Positions 56,289-64,000 of a DNA stretch of 64,000 bases are shown here, in pieces (within the stretch, counting starts at the first letter, position 1; each line of letters begins with the position of its first letter). The notes beneath the pieces were generated by a model. That model did no database searches. It was not told the DNA's origin and worked only from the letters and a program-made list of their open reading frames with translations. A program made the translations under genes and the position numbers. This stretch comes from Pseudomonadota bacterium (GTDB lineage Bacteria > Myxococcota_A > UBA9042 > GCA-2863065). The stretch covers positions 8,368 to 72,367 of the forward strand of contig CANMLD010000002.1 of assembly GCA_947498315.1 (NCBI GenBank), written 5' to 3'.

Positions 56289-56834
56289 ATGTCTCGAATT
56301 GGTAAGCAGCCGGTCACCATTCCAGCAGGCGCATCTGTCGTCGTAGCTGCGGATGGTGCGACCGTCACAGTCAAGGGGCCGAAAGGCCAGCTCAGCCGAA
56401 CCCTTCCAATGGTCCATGTAGCCGTTGTGGGTGGTTCGGCTACGGTGACGCCTTCGGGCGATACCCTGCAGCACAAGGCCTGCCACGGACTCTCGCGAGT
56501 CCTTCTCGACAACATGGTCCACGGCGTGAGCGTGGGTCACAAGCGAGGCCTCGTGATCACGGGTACGGGCTACAAAGCGGAAATTTCGGGTCAGCTCCTC
56601 ACCATGAATCTGGGCTTCTCGCATCCCGTGGTCGTCGACATCCCGAAGATCATCAAGGTTGGGGTCGAGGGCAAAGGCACGGAAGTCGTGCTCGAGAGCC
56701 CAGACAAGGAGCTCCTCGGCCAAGTGGCCGCGAAGCTGCGTAGCTTCCGCCCGCCGGAGCCCTACAAGGGTAAGGGCGTTCGGTATTCGGACGAAGTCAT
56801 CCGCCGTAAGGCGGGTAAGGCCGGCAAGAAGTAG
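56289..56834 (+). CDS. rplF: 50S ribosomal protein L6
   Basis: The sequence [15 protein letters not shown] and the motif [10 protein letters not shown] match L6. Confidence 0.95.
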   Translation: MSRIGKQPVTIPAGASVVVAADGATVTVKGPKGQLSRTLPMVHVAVVGGSATVTPSGDTLQHKACHGLSRVLLDNMVHGVSVGHKRGLVITGTGYKAEISGQLLTMNLGFSHPVVVDIPKIIKVGVEGKGTEVVLESPDKELLGQVAAKLRSFRPPEPYKGKGVRYSDEVIRRKAGKAGKK

Positions 56835-56851
56835 TCGGGCGGGGCACTGCG

Positions 56852-57220
56852 ATGAGCAAGACGAACGAACGAGTCGTTTCGCGCCTTCGGCGCGCGGCGC
56901 ATGTGAAAAAAACGGTACACGGCGACGCGGAGCGTCCGCGCCTCGTCGTCTACCGGAGCAACGCGCACATCTACGCGCAGGTCATCGACGACACCGTTGG
57001 GAAGACCCTCGCGGCGGCTTCGACACTGACGGGATCTGTGAAGAGTGCAATCTCCGACGTCGACAAGAAGGGCGCAGCCCGCGAAGTCGGCAAGGCACTT
57101 GCGCTCGCGGCGAAGCTAGCGGGGGTCACCAAGGTGGCCTTCGACCGCAACGGGTTCCGCTACCACGGGCGCATCGCTGCGCTTGCTGATGGCGCTCGCG
57201 AAGGCGGCCTAGACTTTTAG
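56852..57220 (+). CDS. rplR: 50S ribosomal protein L18
   Basis: The motifs [10 protein letters not shown] and HIYAQVIDD and the sequence [22 protein letters not shown] match L18. Confidence 0.9.
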   Translation: MSKTNERVVSRLRRAAHVKKTVHGDAERPRLVVYRSNAHIYAQVIDDTVGKTLAAASTLTGSVKSAISDVDKKGAAREVGKALALAAKLAGVTKVAFDRNGFRYHGRIAALADGAREGGLDF

Positions 57221-57354
57221 TCGCCGGTCTAGCCTTCTAGACGCACTGAGCTTGGCCTGGTGAGCGCGCCCATGAGCTGACCTCGTCAGTTTCGGGTCCG
57301 CACCGGCCAAGCCCGACAGAATGAAGCGAGGGCAGCCTCGCACACCTGGAGCCA

Positions 57355-57906
57355 TTGACAATGTCGAACCAGAACCAGAACCAGAACAAGGGACGCCGTA
57401 ACGAGCGCTCCTTCGATGACCAGCCGCAAGACGACTTTCAAGAGAAGGTAGTCGCCATCAGCCGTGTCGCGAAGGTGGTGAAGGGTGGCCGCCGCTTCCA
57501 CTTCAACGCCATCGTGGTGGTCGGCGATGGCCGTGGACGCGTCGGCGCCGGACTCGGCAAGGCCAACGAAGTACCGGAGGCCATTCGTAAGGGCAAAGAG
57601 CGCGCTCGGAAGAACGCATTCACTGTTCCCTTGCGTGGAGGGACGATCCCCCACGAAGTTCTCGGTGAATCAGGCGCCGGCTCGGTCTTCCTCCGTCCGG
57701 CGGGTTCCGGCACGGGCGTCATCGCCGGTGGCGCCGTCCGGGCGCTGCTCGAGGTGGCCGGTGTGAAGGACGTGCTCACGAAGTGCATCGGCACGAGCAA
57801 CCCGCACAACGTCGTGCACGCGACTGTCGCCGCCCTCAAGCTGCTGACCAGCGCGGAAGACATGGCGAACCGTCGCGGGAAGACGCTCGAAGAGCTACTC
57901 TCCTGA
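57355..57906 (+). CDS. rpsE: 30S ribosomal protein S5 with a ~20-aa N-terminal QN-rich extension
   Basis: S5 core [16 protein letters not shown]...GDGRGRVG. N-terminal [17 protein letters not shown] is encoded by an (aaccag)3 microsatellite. Confidence 0.9.
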   Translation: MTMSNQNQNQNKGRRNERSFDDQPQDDFQEKVVAISRVAKVVKGGRRFHFNAIVVVGDGRGRVGAGLGKANEVPEAIRKGKERARKNAFTVPLRGGTIPHEVLGESGAGSVFLRPAGSGTGVIAGGAVRALLEVAGVKDVLTKCIGTSNPHNVVHATVAALKLLTSAEDMANRRGKTLEELLS

Positions 57907-57914
57907 TGATTAGA

Positions 57915-57930
57915 CGGGGCTTCGGCCCCG
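57915..57930 (+). other. GC hairpin closed by a UUCG tetraloop (cggggc-uucg-gccccg) immediately 3' of rpsE. No U-tract follows, so it is a candidate RNA stability/processing element rather than an intrinsic terminator.
   Basis: Perfect 6-bp stem plus ttcg loop read directly at 57915-57930. Confidence 0.4.
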
Positions 57931-58020
57931 CTTCCAGATCGCCGGCGCACACGCGTCGGCTGTCCGGCTAGACACCAAACCACGCAAAAGACGTGTTGTT
58001 CCTGCGAGCGTAGAAAGTGC

Positions 58021-58049
58021 TTGCCGGGGGACACGTGCGAACGTACTAT
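58021..58049 (+). promoter_or_regulatory. Candidate internal sigma70-like promoter (TTGCCG-17 nt-TACTAT) upstream of rplO-secY-adk
   Basis: ttgccgggggacacgtgcgaacgtactat lies in the 192-bp rpsE-rplO spacer. Confidence 0.3.
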
Positions 58050-58098
58050 CCCGCCTCCCTTGCGCCGAGACGCGCGCGAGTGAAGCGAAGAGGCTGCC

Positions 58099-58608
58099 AT
58101 GAACGAACTTTCGAACCTTAGTCCCTCGCCCGGTTCCGTGAAGAAGGCCAAGCGCGTCGGTCGCGGCATCGGCTCCGGGCTCGGTAAAACCTGCGGTCGC
58201 GGATCGAAAGGCCAAAAAGCCCGGTCTGGCGGCAGCACGCGCGTCGGTTTCGAAGGCGGTCAGACTCCGCTGCATCGCCGGCTTCCGAAGTTCGGCTTCA
58301 GCAACTACGTTAGCAAGCAGAACTATCTGGCCATCAACGTGGACGACCTCGCGGTCTTCCCGGCTGGCTCGGTGGTTGATCTCGAGGCACTGAAGGCTGC
58401 TGGGATCGCCAAGGGCCATGACGTTCGCGTCAAGCTCCTGGGCGAAGGCGACCTGGCGCTCAAGCTGACTGTTCGGGCCTCACGGGTCGCGGTTACGGGT
58501 GAGCGTCCTTCTCGTGCGAAGTCGGAGCGGCGAGCGGAGCACTTCGTGGTGTCTGCGGCAGCTGCGGCGAAGATTCAGGCGGCCGGCGGCGCCGTCGAAG
58601 TCGGCTAA
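58099..58608 (+). CDS. rplO: 50S ribosomal protein L15 (169 aa; ~20-aa insertion near the C-terminus)
   Basis: The sequence [27 protein letters not shown] and the motif [18 protein letters not shown] match L15. Confidence 0.9.
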   Translation: MNELSNLSPSPGSVKKAKRVGRGIGSGLGKTCGRGSKGQKARSGGSTRVGFEGGQTPLHRRLPKFGFSNYVSKQNYLAINVDDLAVFPAGSVVDLEALKAAGIAKGHDVRVKLLGEGDLALKLTVRASRVAVTGERPSRAKSERRAEHFVVSAAAAAKIQAAGGAVEVG

Positions 58609-58617
58609 GGAAAGCTC

Positions 58618-59949
58618 GTGGCGAACGGCATAGCCAACGTGGGTCGAATCCCGGAGCTCCGGGCGCGGCTCGGTTACACCCTCATGATGCTGGCGGTGTA
58701 TCGAGTCGGTATCTTCATCATGATTCCCGGTGTAGACCGGGAACGCATGGCGGAGTACATGCAGAGCGCCAGCACCGGGTTCCTCGGACTCTTCAACATG
58801 TTCAGCGGCGGCGCCATCGAGCAGATGTCCGTCTTCGCGCTGGGCATCATGCCGTACATCTCTGCCAGCATCATCATTCAGCTTCTGACGGTGGTAGTCC
58901 CGCCATTGGAGCGGCTCTCGAAAGAGGGCGATCAAGGTCGGAAAAAGATCAACCAGTACACACGCTACGGTGCCATGGGCCTCGCGGTTGTTCAGGGCCT
59001 GATGTTGCTTCGGAGCCTCGCTGGTCAGCAGGACGGGCCCATCGTCGATGCGGGTACAGGCTGGCTCATGCTTGCTGTGCTCACCGTGACCACAGGAACA
59101 TGCTTCCTGATGTGGATCGGTGAACAAATCACTGAGCGCGGACTGGGGAACGGGACATCTCTCATCATCTACGCTGGCATCGTTTGCGAGCTTCCCGACT
59201 CCATCATTCGCCTCTTCCAGTTGTCGGAGAGCAACGGTGGCACCCTGACGCTCACGTCCATCGTGCTCCTGGGTCTCATTGTCCTCGCGGTTGTCGGTGC
59301 GATCGTGTTCATGGAGCGTGCTCAGCGGCGCATTCCAGTCCAGTACGCGAAGAAAGTCGTCGGACGAAAGCAGTTCGGTGGTCAGAGCACCTATCTTCCA
59401 CTCAAGCTCAACACCGCGGGCGTCATCCCGCCCATTTTCGCGAGCTCGATATTGATGCTCCCGATGACCCTACTCAATCTCTTCCCGAACAGCGCTTGGG
59501 TCGTCTCGATGACCAATAAGTTGGCTCCCGGAGCGATCCTCTACAACGTGCTCTTCGTAGCGCTGATTATCTTCTTCGCCTACTTTTACACTGCGGTGAC
59601 TTTCAATCCGCTAGACGTCGCCGAAAATTTGAAGAAGTCCGGTGGTTTCATACCGGGCGTCCGGGCTGGCAAGAAGACGGCTGACTTCATCGACGCGGTA
59701 CTGACACGCATCACCTTCGGCGGTGCTGTGTACATTGCAGCGGTCTGCGTGTTGCCGACGTTCCTTCAGCAGATGTGGGATGTTCCTTTCCAGTTCGGTG
59801 GAACTGGTCTCCTCATCGTTGTCGGCGTCGCCCTTGATACGGCCAACCAGATACAGAGCTACGGTATCTCGCAGAACTACGAGCAGTTCGCCCAGACCGG
59901 GGCACGGCAGCGTACTCGTGGTGGCGTCGGCACGGGGGCCGCGCGGTAA
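58618..59949 (+). CDS. secY: Protein translocase subunit SecY (GTG start)
   Basis: 443 aa with ten TM segments. SecY motifs [11 protein letters not shown] and [23 protein letters not shown]. Confidence 0.95.
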   Translation: MANGIANVGRIPELRARLGYTLMMLAVYRVGIFIMIPGVDRERMAEYMQSASTGFLGLFNMFSGGAIEQMSVFALGIMPYISASIIIQLLTVVVPPLERLSKEGDQGRKKINQYTRYGAMGLAVVQGLMLLRSLAGQQDGPIVDAGTGWLMLAVLTVTTGTCFLMWIGEQITERGLGNGTSLIIYAGIVCELPDSIIRLFQLSESNGGTLTLTSIVLLGLIVLAVVGAIVFMERAQRRIPVQYAKKVVGRKQFGGQSTYLPLKLNTAGVIPPIFASSILMLPMTLLNLFPNSAWVVSMTNKLAPGAILYNVLFVALIIFFAYFYTAVTFNPLDVAENLKKSGGFIPGVRAGKKTADFIDAVLTRITFGGAVYIAAVCVLPTFLQQMWDVPFQFGGTGLLIVVGVALDTANQIQSYGISQNYEQFAQTGARQRTRGGVGTGAAR

Positions 59950-60617
59950 TGTACCTGATTCTTCTCGGCGCCCCCGGGGTCGGCAAGGGTACCCAAGCCA
60001 AGGTCCTCGAAGGGACCTTGGGCATTCCTCAGGTCTCAACGGGCGACATGCTGCGTGCTGCGAAGGCAAGCGGCTCGTCTCTCGGACAGCGCGTTGCGGC
60101 TGTGATGGACGCCGGTCACTTAGTTTCGGATGGCATCATCCTCGATGTTGTTCGTGCTCGACTTCAGGCGCTAGATGCGGCAAAGGGGGCCATCTTCGAC
60201 GGCTTCCCGCGTACGGTCGCTCAGGCGGAGGCTCTCGAAAAGATCGCCCCGATCTCGCATGTCGTCGCACTCGACGTCGTGGAGTCCGAGATTGTGGCAC
60301 GCATCAGCGCGCGCTACTCGTGCGGCACCTGCGGCAAGCCGTTCAATACGCTGTCGAGCCCGACTACCAGGGCAGATGGCCGTTGCGACGCCTGTGGCGG
60401 GGAAATGGTTCAGCGAGCGGATGACACAGCTTCGGCTGTCGTCACTCGTCTCAAGGCGTACGCGGACAACACGGCGCCGCTCGTGTCCTTCTACGAGGGC
60501 CGAGGTTTGCTTAGAAGAGTCGACGGTTGGGGAGATCCAACTGTCATTACAGAACGGGTGCTGGCTTCGATTGGACGCGAATCGCGTTCGGAGCCGGCAG
60601 CAGTCAAGCCGGGTTAA
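59949..60617 (+). CDS. adk: Adenylate kinase (long form with Cys4 LID)
   Basis: P-loop LLGAPGVGKGTQA. LID CGTCG...CDACGG. Confidence 0.95.
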   Translation: MYLILLGAPGVGKGTQAKVLEGTLGIPQVSTGDMLRAAKASGSSLGQRVAAVMDAGHLVSDGIILDVVRARLQALDAAKGAIFDGFPRTVAQAEALEKIAPISHVVALDVVESEIVARISARYSCGTCGKPFNTLSSPTTRADGRCDACGGEMVQRADDTASAVVTRLKAYADNTAPLVSFYEGRGLLRRVDGWGDPTVITERVLASIGRESRSEPAAVKPG

Positions 60618-60644
60618 TCCGGGTCGTTTCGAGTCGAGGCGAAG

Positions 60645-60761
60645 ATGAAAGTGCGAGCATCGGTCAGACCGATCTGTGAAAAGTGCAAGGTTGTGCGTCG
60701 ACGTGGCGTAGTGCGCGTCGTTTGCAAGGAGAATCCCCGCCACAAGCAGCGGCAGGGGTAG
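60645..60761 (+). CDS. rpmJ: 50S ribosomal protein L36 (38 aa; not in the ORF track because it is under 60 aa)
   Basis: Translation [38 protein letters not shown] with the C..C...C..H zinc ribbon. Confidence 0.9.
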   Translation: MKVRASVRPICEKCKVVRRRGVVRVVCKENPRHKQRQG

Positions 60762-60770
60762 GAGAGAGCC

Positions 60771-61139
60771 ATGGCGCGCATTGCCGGTGTCGACCTTCCA
60801 CGCAGGAAGCGGCTCGAAGTTGGGCTGACCTATATCTACGGGATTGGGCGTAATACGGCGCAGAGAATCTGCGACGAGCTGACCCTAGATCGTGGTCTTT
60901 CGACTGACGACCTCACGGACGGACAGGTGGCGCAGATCCGCCGCCTGATCGAAGAGAAGTACAAGGTCGAGGGTGACCGTCGGCGCGAGGTGCAGATGAG
61001 CATCAAGCGGCTGATGGATCTTCAGTGTTACCGCGGACTCCGGCACCGAAAGGGACTGCCGGTTCGTGGTCAGCGAACGCACACGAACGCGCGTACCCGG
61101 AAGGGTCCGCGCCGTGCGACGATCAAAAAGAAGAAGTGA
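60771..61139 (+). CDS. rpsM: 30S ribosomal protein S13
   Basis: The sequence [26 protein letters not shown] and the motif [15 protein letters not shown] match S13. Confidence 0.95.
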   Translation: MARIAGVDLPRRKRLEVGLTYIYGIGRNTAQRICDELTLDRGLSTDDLTDGQVAQIRRLIEEKYKVEGDRRREVQMSIKRLMDLQCYRGLRHRKGLPVRGQRTHTNARTRKGPRRATIKKKK

Positions 61140-61236
61140 GCACTTCTGCCGGAGCCTTCGGGCTTCGGCAGGGGTTTTCGGGGCCTGCCCCGAACATCAG
61201 ATCCGGGCGGCGAGAGTCCGCGCGTGAGGTACCGTC

Positions 61237-61623
61237 ATGGCGAGTCCGAAGAAAGCCAAGAAGCGCGTCCGCAAGAATATCCAAAGCGGCGTGGCTCACA
61301 TTCAGTCGACGTTCAACAATACGATCGTCACCATCACCGACGTGAGCGGCAACGCGATCGCCTGGTCGAGCTCCGGTCGAAAAGGCTTTAAGGGCTCCCG
61401 CAAGAGCACGCCGTTCGCGGCCCAGCTCGCTGCGGAAGATGCGGCCCGCCAAGCGCAGGAGCATGGACTCAAGACCATCTCCGTATACGTCAAGGGCCCT
61501 GGCGCTGGTCGTGAGGCTGCGTTGCGGGCTCTCGGGAACACCGGGCTCCGCGTCAGCATCATCCGCGACGTAACCCCCGTTCCGCATAACGGCTGCCGTC
61601 CGCCGAAGCGTCGTCGCGTGTAA
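61237..61623 (+). CDS. rpsK: 30S ribosomal protein S11
   Basis: The sequence [30 protein letters not shown] and the motif [17 protein letters not shown] match S11. Confidence 0.95.
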   Translation: MASPKKAKKRVRKNIQSGVAHIQSTFNNTIVTITDVSGNAIAWSSSGRKGFKGSRKSTPFAAQLAAEDAARQAQEHGLKTISVYVKGPGAGREAALRALGNTGLRVSIIRDVTPVPHNGCRPPKRRRV

Positions 61624-61756
61624 CGCCGGCTCTTCCCGGTTCGCGTAGCGCGCTGGGAAAACTCGGTACGTACACGTTAGATTTCGGCCTGCGGGTCGTT
61701 TAGAGACGATGCAGCCTTGATGGTTGCGTCCACTGGTCACTAAGGAGAGACAAGCC

Positions 61757-62758
61757 ATGTACCGCAACTGGGCTGACCTGATCCGTCCCCGGACGCTCGA
61801 GATCGAGCACGCGACCGACACCTACGGTCGTTTCGTCTGTGAGCCGCTCGAGCGTGGCTACGGCTTGACGCTGGGTAACTCGCTGCGACGGGTTCTGCTG
61901 TCGTCCATCCGGGGCGCCGCCATCACCTCAATCCGCATCGACGGGACTCTCCACGAGTTCTCTTCCGTGTCGGATGTCTCAGATGACGTCACTGACATCA
62001 TCCTGAACCTGAAGGAAGTCCAGCTGACTATGTTCGGCTTGGGTCCCAAGACGGTCAGAATCTCCAAGGCGGGGCCTTGCGTTGTGACGGCTGGCGACAT
62101 CATCGCTGACGACACCATCACGGTCCTCAATCCGGCTCAGCGCATCTGCTCGGTATCCGAGGGCGGCAAGTTTGAGGCGGAGCTCGTGGTCCGTGATGGT
62201 CGCGGGTACAAGTCGGCGGAAGAGAACAAGGAATCGACTTCTGCGGTGGGAACCATCGCGATCGATGCCATCTACTCGCCGGTCACCCGGGTCAACTATC
62301 GCGTGACTAACGCCCGTGTGAAGCAGCGCACGGACTACGACAAGCTCACGCTCGAGATCTGGACCAACGGTTCGGTTCTTCCTGAGGACGCTCTCGCGCT
62401 CGCCGCGAAGATCCTCAAGGAGCAGCTGCAGGTGTTCATCAACTTCGATGAGGCGGTGGAAGAGCCGACTCATGAGGAGAGCCGCGAAGAGCCACGCTTC
62501 AACGACAACCTGTTTCGGACCGTGGACGAGCTCGAACTCAGCGTTCGCTCTGCCAACTGTCTCCAGAATGCAAACATCAAGTTCATTGGTGACTTGGTAC
62601 AGCGTTCGGAAGCAGAGATGCTCAAGACGAAGAACTTCGGCCGAAAGTCTCTCAAGGAGATCAAAGAGATCCTTGCAGAGATGGGCCTGCAACTCGGCAT
62701 GAAGGTCGACGGCTGGGACCCGGAGCGGCGCCCCGGCACCACCCCACCCGCCGCATAA
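61757..62758 (+). CDS. rpoA: DNA-directed RNA polymerase subunit alpha
   Basis: Start [17 protein letters not shown] preceded by RBS aaggagag. Motifs [17 protein letters not shown], and the C-terminal domain sequence [22 protein letters not shown] match RpoA. Confidence 0.95.
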   Translation: MYRNWADLIRPRTLEIEHATDTYGRFVCEPLERGYGLTLGNSLRRVLLSSIRGAAITSIRIDGTLHEFSSVSDVSDDVTDIILNLKEVQLTMFGLGPKTVRISKAGPCVVTAGDIIADDTITVLNPAQRICSVSEGGKFEAELVVRDGRGYKSAEENKESTSAVGTIAIDAIYSPVTRVNYRVTNARVKQRTDYDKLTLEIWTNGSVLPEDALALAAKILKEQLQVFINFDEAVEEPTHEESREEPRFNDNLFRTVDELELSVRSANCLQNANIKFIGDLVQRSEAEMLKTKNFGRKSLKEIKEILAEMGLQLGMKVDGWDPERRPGTTPPAA

Positions 62759-62773
62759 CGCAAGGGATCAAAG

Positions 62774-63199
62774 ATGCGACACTTAAACAAAGGCCGAAAG
62801 CTCGGCCGTACCCACTCGCACCGGAAAGCGCTTCTGCGCAATCTGGTGACGGCGCTCCTGAAGCACGAGCGGATTACCACCACCGTGCCGAAGGCCAAAG
62901 AACTCCGCGGCGTTGCCGATCGGATGATCACCTACGCCAAGAAGGGGACGCTTCATCATCGCCGCTTGGCTGCGGCGTTTATCAACGACAAGACCGTGGT
63001 CCAGACGCTCTTCTCGGAGTACGCAGACCGCTTCAAGACTCGTGCGGGCGGCTACACGCGGATTGCAAAGCTTGGGCCGCGTAGGGGCGACGCCGCCGAG
63101 ATGGCCATCATAGAGCTCATGCCGGCGGATGCGGGCTCGGGCTCGGTAGGCGAGACAGCTTCTGCGCCTGTGACGTCGAAAGAGTCGTTCGGCAGCTGA
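62774..63199 (+). CDS. rplQ: 50S ribosomal protein L17
   Basis: The sequence [24 protein letters not shown] and the motif [10 protein letters not shown] match L17. Confidence 0.95.
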   Translation: MRHLNKGRKLGRTHSHRKALLRNLVTALLKHERITTTVPKAKELRGVADRMITYAKKGTLHHRRLAAAFINDKTVVQTLFSEYADRFKTRAGGYTRIAKLGPRRGDAAEMAIIELMPADAGSGSVGETASAPVTSKESFGS

Positions 63200-63358
63200 C
63201 GTAGGGCCCGGCCGGTGTTTCATTGAGCGTTTTACTGCTTGACTGAATTGCCGTTGGGTCATACAAGCTGCCCCGCGTCGCGCGAGCAGCGCGCATGCAG
63301 TTCGGGAGCGGTCGTAGTTGGTTCTTCGGGACCTAGTGCGAGTCACGAGTCAGAATGG

Positions 63359-63432
63359 TCGGGGATCGTCTAATGGCAGGACTACGGACTCTGACTCCGT
63401 TAATCTAGGTTCGAATCCTAGTCCCCGAACCA
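63359..63432 (+). tRNA. tRNA-Gln (anticodon CTG)
   Basis: Cloverleaf: acceptor tcgggga/tccccga, anticodon stem acgga/tccgt with loop ctCTGac, T-arm ctagg-ttcgaat-cctag, discriminator A plus encoded CCA. The variable loop is only 4 nt. Confidence 0.75.
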
Positions 63433-63433
63433 T

Positions 63434-63508
63434 GCCCCGTTAGTCTAGTGGTTAGGACGCTGGCCTCTCACGCCGGAGTCAGGGGTTCAATTCCCCTACG
63501 GGGTACCA
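63434..63508 (+). tRNA. tRNA-Glu (anticodon CTC)
   Basis: Acceptor gccccgt/acggggt, D-region gtc-tagtggttagg-ac typical of tRNA-Glu, anticodon stem ctggc/gccgg with loop ctCTCac, T-arm agggg-ttcaatt-cccct, encoded CCA. Confidence 0.8.
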
Positions 63509-63513
63509 CGAAG

Positions 63514-63545
63514 GACGCTGAGGAAACTCGGCGTCTTTTTTTTTG
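63514..63545 (+). terminator. Rho-independent terminator after the tRNA pair (stem gacgctgag/ctcggcgtc followed by T9)
   Basis: gacgctgaggaaactcggcgtcttttttttt read directly. Confidence 0.8.
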
Positions 63546-63613
63546 CTCATTGCGTGTTGTCCGCCTCGGATCGAGGCGGTGTGCCTAGTGGCGATCGCAC
63601 TACGGGCTGAACG

Positions 63614-63811
63614 TCATTCGACGCGATAGATGAACGGCACGACCGCAGGGTCATCGGTGAATGCCGCAAGCAGCGCGAGCAGCAGCAGAATCACTGCGAT
63701 GGGCGTAATCCACCATGCTTTATAGTGGGTCAGAAAGTACCATAAGTCCGCGAAGCCGCGCTTCTCGGGATCCGGAGGCGTCAAGTCGTTCACCGTTACA
63801 GAGTGCATCAC
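63614..63811 (-). CDS. Small single-TM membrane protein (65 aa) resembling the DUF5989 family (...DLWYFL..YKAWW..PI.VILLLL.L......APFIY..)
   Basis: Strong TM helix WWITPIAVILLLLALLAAF. C-terminal VPFIYRVE. The family assignment is from memory of the DUF5989 consensus, not from a search. Confidence 0.4.
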   Translation of the reverse strand: MMHSVTVNDLTPPDPEKRGFADLWYFLTHYKAWWITPIAVILLLLALLAAFTDDPAVVPFIYRVE

Positions 63812-63864
63812 AGTACGCTCGGTGGACAGGGTTTAGGTCACATTTACCATGGGTGACGGCCTCA

Positions 63865-64000
63865 TTATTTCTCGAGGGGCGGTACCGCTGGGAGTTGGAG
63901 TGTAGTGTAGATGACCGCCGTTGGGCCAGTCTGACCCTCGTACCAGGCCGGCTCCGAGTCGCCGTCGAGTGGGGAGGTGTAGTTGAAGATCAGTGACGTC
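63865..64000 (-). CDS. Possible 3' end of a minus-strand gene running off the window edge (...LIFNYTSPLDGDSEPAWYEGQTGPTAVIYTTLQLPAVPPLEK*)
   Basis: Open frame from the window end to a TAA at 63865-63867. Only 45 codons are visible, so this is very tentative. Confidence 0.2.
   Translation of the reverse strand, partial: TSLIFNYTSPLDGDSEPAWYEGQTGPTAVIYTTLQLPAVPPLEK

Noticed and set aside
1-64000. Mobile elements, prophage, toxin-antitoxin or defence-system genes
   Set aside because: No transposase or integrase DDE/Tyr-recombinase motifs, no IS terminal inverted repeats, no cas, RM or abortive-infection signatures were recognised. The patatin gene is not accompanied by a cGAS/CD-NTase-like gene, so a CBASS call is not supported.

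Overview
This is a high-GC (roughly 68-70%) bacterial chromosomal segment. Its gene content points to a Myxococcota (Polyangia-like) genome: Cys-rich secreted repeat proteins, LTD/PPC, thrombospondin type 3 and FG-GAP domains, many lipoproteins and PilZ. That assignment is inference only.

The window has two parts.

(1) Positions 1-46.5 kb form an accessory-type region rich in very large secreted or lipoprotein multidomain proteins.
- A 10.8-kb single ORF of TPR-like repeats (~3,600 aa) is divergently transcribed from a WD40 lipoprotein gene.
- A ~700-bp intergenic mosaic of direct and inverted GC-rich repeats lies upstream of rsmI.
- A metG operon is flanked by a TMEM43-like membrane protein and a YdeN-type hydrolase.
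- A crotonase/3-hydroxyacyl-CoA dehydrogenase pair is present.
- A TetR gene with a perfect 20-bp palindromic operator precedes a ferritin-like diiron protein.
- Patatin and SspB genes are present.
- A putative OMP-PilZ-TSP3-repeat-TPR surface operon is present, followed by glyA.

(2) Positions 46.6-63.6 kb hold the str-S10-spc-alpha ribosomal superoperon (rpsL through rplQ, with secY, adk, rpmJ and rpoA), then tRNA-Gln, tRNA-Glu and an intrinsic terminator.
- The superoperon conspicuously lacks tuf, rplC, rpmD, rpsD, infA and map at their canonical positions.
- Spacers of 100-190 bp sit at three of those positions: rplC, rpmD and rpsD.

No transposases, integrases, CRISPR arrays or obvious phage genes were seen. 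Many long antisense ORFs in the six-frame track are GC-driven artefacts.
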